Of a stretch of 64,000 nucleotides of DNA, positions 61,671 through 64,000 are shown piece after piece. Origin of the DNA: Octopus sinensis. Taxonomy: Eukaryota. Made by a program: the position numbers and the translations under genes. The notes under the pieces are model-generated. The model ran no database searches. It was not told the origin of the DNA and worked only from the letters and a program-made list of their open reading frames with translations. Where the stretch lies: NCBI RefSeq assembly GCF_006345805.1, contig NC_042997.1, forward strand, positions 53,444,001-53,508,000. The letters are read 5' to 3'. The number at the start of each line of letters is the position of its first letter. Position 1 is the stretch's first letter.

Positions 61671-62184
61671 TACCATAAATCCTCAAGTATAATCCGCACT
61701 TTTTTCCCAAAATTTAAAGGTAAAAATTCCTTGTGTGTACTATATATGAGGTTAAAAATGAAAATTATTTTCTAAGCACTGTCCGAGTCTCTATTTGCTG
61801 TCCGGTAATGTTTATTCAGACGTATTTTGTGATGTCGGGTGTGAAAATACTTTAAGCTAAACCTGAAAGCAATGAAGTCATAAAAGAATCATCCATAACT
61901 TGCAATAAGCAACATTTATTAAATGTTATTAGTTATTTCTTTATTTTCTGCAAACAAAATGCACAAAAAAGCTACACGTTTGCATTATGTTATGTGTACA
62001 ATAATAATAAAGGTTGTTACCGTATACATATTTACAAACCAAGGACGTTATTTAGACCTCCTTGACTCAAGTTAGAGAAGAGGTACGTATTATACACAAG
62101 GTTTAGGTTTTTCAGAGGTACAGCCCCCTAAAAATCCCCTGCGTATTATACTCAAGAGCGGACTATACTCAAGGATTTACGGAA
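61671..62184. mobile_element. pogo/Tc1-type MITE
   Basis: TIRs taccataaatcctcaagtataatccgc ... gcggactatactcaaggatttacgg. Ends about 220 bp upstream of the DBD exon. Confidence 0.75.
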
Positions 62185-62402
62185 CTTACTCTGATCAATT
62201 TCATTATGAGTAGACTCCACCAGCTGTTCAATGTATAGTTGAACAGTTGGTGTTAAGAAGGGTACTGGGCACCATATTTCTTTTCACAGTTGATTTGCAG
62301 CATCATCCTATTCATATTAATATAAAAATAGAAGTAAACTCATATCAAAACAAAAAAGAAAAAAAAATCTAATGCTATATATCTCACTGTTATATTTTTC
62401 AG

Positions 62403-62582
62403 GCCGTCACTATGGTGCAATTAGTTGTGAAGGATGCAAAGGTTTCTTTAAAAGAAGTATTCGGAAACAGCTGGGCTATGCCTGTCGGGGTAACAAAGAT
62501 TGCCCAGTCACAAAAATGCATCGTAATCGCTGTCAGTTTTGTCGTCTACAGAAGTGCCTTGCAGTTGGCATGCGTTCTGAAT
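62403..62582 (+). CDS. NR2C/Hr78: NR2C/NR2D nuclear receptor, fourth coding exon (rest of the C4 zinc-finger DNA-binding domain)
   Basis: Acceptor tttttcAG at 62402 completes the phase-1 Gly codon. Encodes [60 protein letters not shown], then donor T|GTAAGT. P-box CEGCKG, GRHYGA, RKQLGY and HRNRCQ match Hr78/TR2/TR4 as I recall them. Confidence 0.95.
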
Positions 62583-63184
62583 GTAAGTTTAATTTTCTTT
62601 TATGTTTAAATCTCAAGTTTTTCTTTGTCTTTACTGGATAGAAGAACTGATTGAGCATGTGATCATCTCATACCAAAAAAAGAATATCTTCCAATGTAGC
62701 TTGAAATGTGTTGATTAATAAAAATAGTAATTATTGAAATTTCTATACTGTACATGATTGGCGTAGATTTACCTATCCAGATTTAGGAAATATCTATGTT
62801 TTGTTTATTGAAATCCTAAAACTGTCTTGATTTCTTGTTGAACAAAGAGTGGCATGCAATCTGATAGGATGGAACATTTAAATGTTTTATGCTATCCATT
62901 GGTTTGGAAAATGTTAGCGTCATTCCTGGAGTCAAATTAGGAATGAAATGATCTTCACAAGAAAGTGTTAATTACAGTAAAAAATTAAAATATCTTGAAG
63001 ATACAGATAAATGAAGTAAATTACAGAGTGTGATATTAGATCTTTTTCTCTTGTTTTACTTGCAAAAAGAAAAAAATAGAAACATTCATTAAAACTTATC
63101 TAGTTGAATATGTGGGAAGGAAATGAAACCAGTTTTGGGAAGTCTTTCTATAGATGGGCTATTTTTGTTTTCTCCTCTTTTTAT

Positions 63185-63990
63185 TTTTAAGACCAAGGTT
63201 CTTGTAGAAAGACCAGGGGTCTAGTAAGCAAGAAAACAGACAAGACTCTACTCACTTTAGGTAAATGGCCCTGCTCAATTTGTAGGAAAGGTGTAGGCAG
63301 GAATTCCATACAAGATATCCAGTGCAACTGTGTACACACAGGAGGTGTAGTGGAATAATAGGGAGGCTAACAGAGAAAGTAGAGATTGTGTATGTATAAG
63401 ATGCACAGGAGCCATCAAGTCTACAGATACATTAGAAATTGATTTTTTTAAACATCCCGGAAGCTCTCTAGAGGCAGTGGATAATTTCTGCTACCTAGGG
63501 CTTCTAATCAGTAGTGGAGGGGGATGTTCAGAAGGTGCTATTGCTAGAATGATAAGATGAAGAAAATTCAGAGAGCTTTTACCTCTCTTGGCAGCTAAAG
63601 GTCTCTCTCTTGAAGTGAAAAAAAAATAAAAAGATTGCATGATGTATTTGTAGAAACTGCAATGCTACACAGCAGAGGACATGCAAAGAAGTAGAGAAAA
63701 ATGAAGCTAGTATACTCTGCTGGGTGTGTAATGTCAATGTACACATGCAGCAGAGTGCTAATGTATTGAGAGAAAAGTTAGGCATATGAGGAATTAGATG
63801 CAGTGTGCTAGAGAGAAGACTGTGCTGATTTAGATATGCGATGTATACAGCTGTGGACAGTTGCATAAAGAAGTACCTTTCACTTAAAGTAGATGAAACT
63901 TGTAGAAGAGGGAAACTCAGGAAGACATGGGATGAAGTATTGAAGGCTGATCTCAAGAGGTTGAGCCTTAAGATATCTGATGCCTTGCTG
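63185..63990 (+). mobile_element. Old decayed RTE LINE fragment
   Basis: Remnants of KTKVLV, GKWPCSICRKGVGRNSI, FCYLG, KNEASILCWVCNV and RKTWDEV. Confidence 0.8.
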
Positions 63991-64000
63991 TACTCTAGAA

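Overview
This is AT-rich, microsatellite-dense animal DNA. The SINE and LINE content suggests an octopus (inference). The only host gene I can support is a + strand orphan nuclear receptor of the NR2C/NR2D group (TR2/TR4/Hr78/SHR2-like). Four phase-compatible GT-AG coding exons (15050-15433, 17175-17318, 48545-48674, 62403-62582) encode the A/B region and the complete DNA-binding domain. The ligand-binding domain must lie beyond the window. The flanks and the 31 kb and 13.7 kb introns hold many elements: RTE-clade LINEs and their (GAT)n-tailed 3' ends, CR1-like, R4/Dong-like and HERO-like LINE fragments, three tRNA-derived SINE families, non-autonomous Helitrons, and mariner, piggyBac and Tigger relics with MITEs. 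Most notable are an intact type I hammerhead ribozyme core at 44951-45030 (minus strand) in a ~290-bp retrozyme/Penelope-like unit, a second mutated hammerhead at about 38710-38745, a recurrent set of near-perfect fold-back palindromes (1-349, 21461-21764, 45374-45599, 54451-54615), a PHD-like finger inside the RTE reverse transcriptase, and a 2.1-kb tandem duplication. Everything was read by eye with no database searches, so repeat boundaries are approximate.
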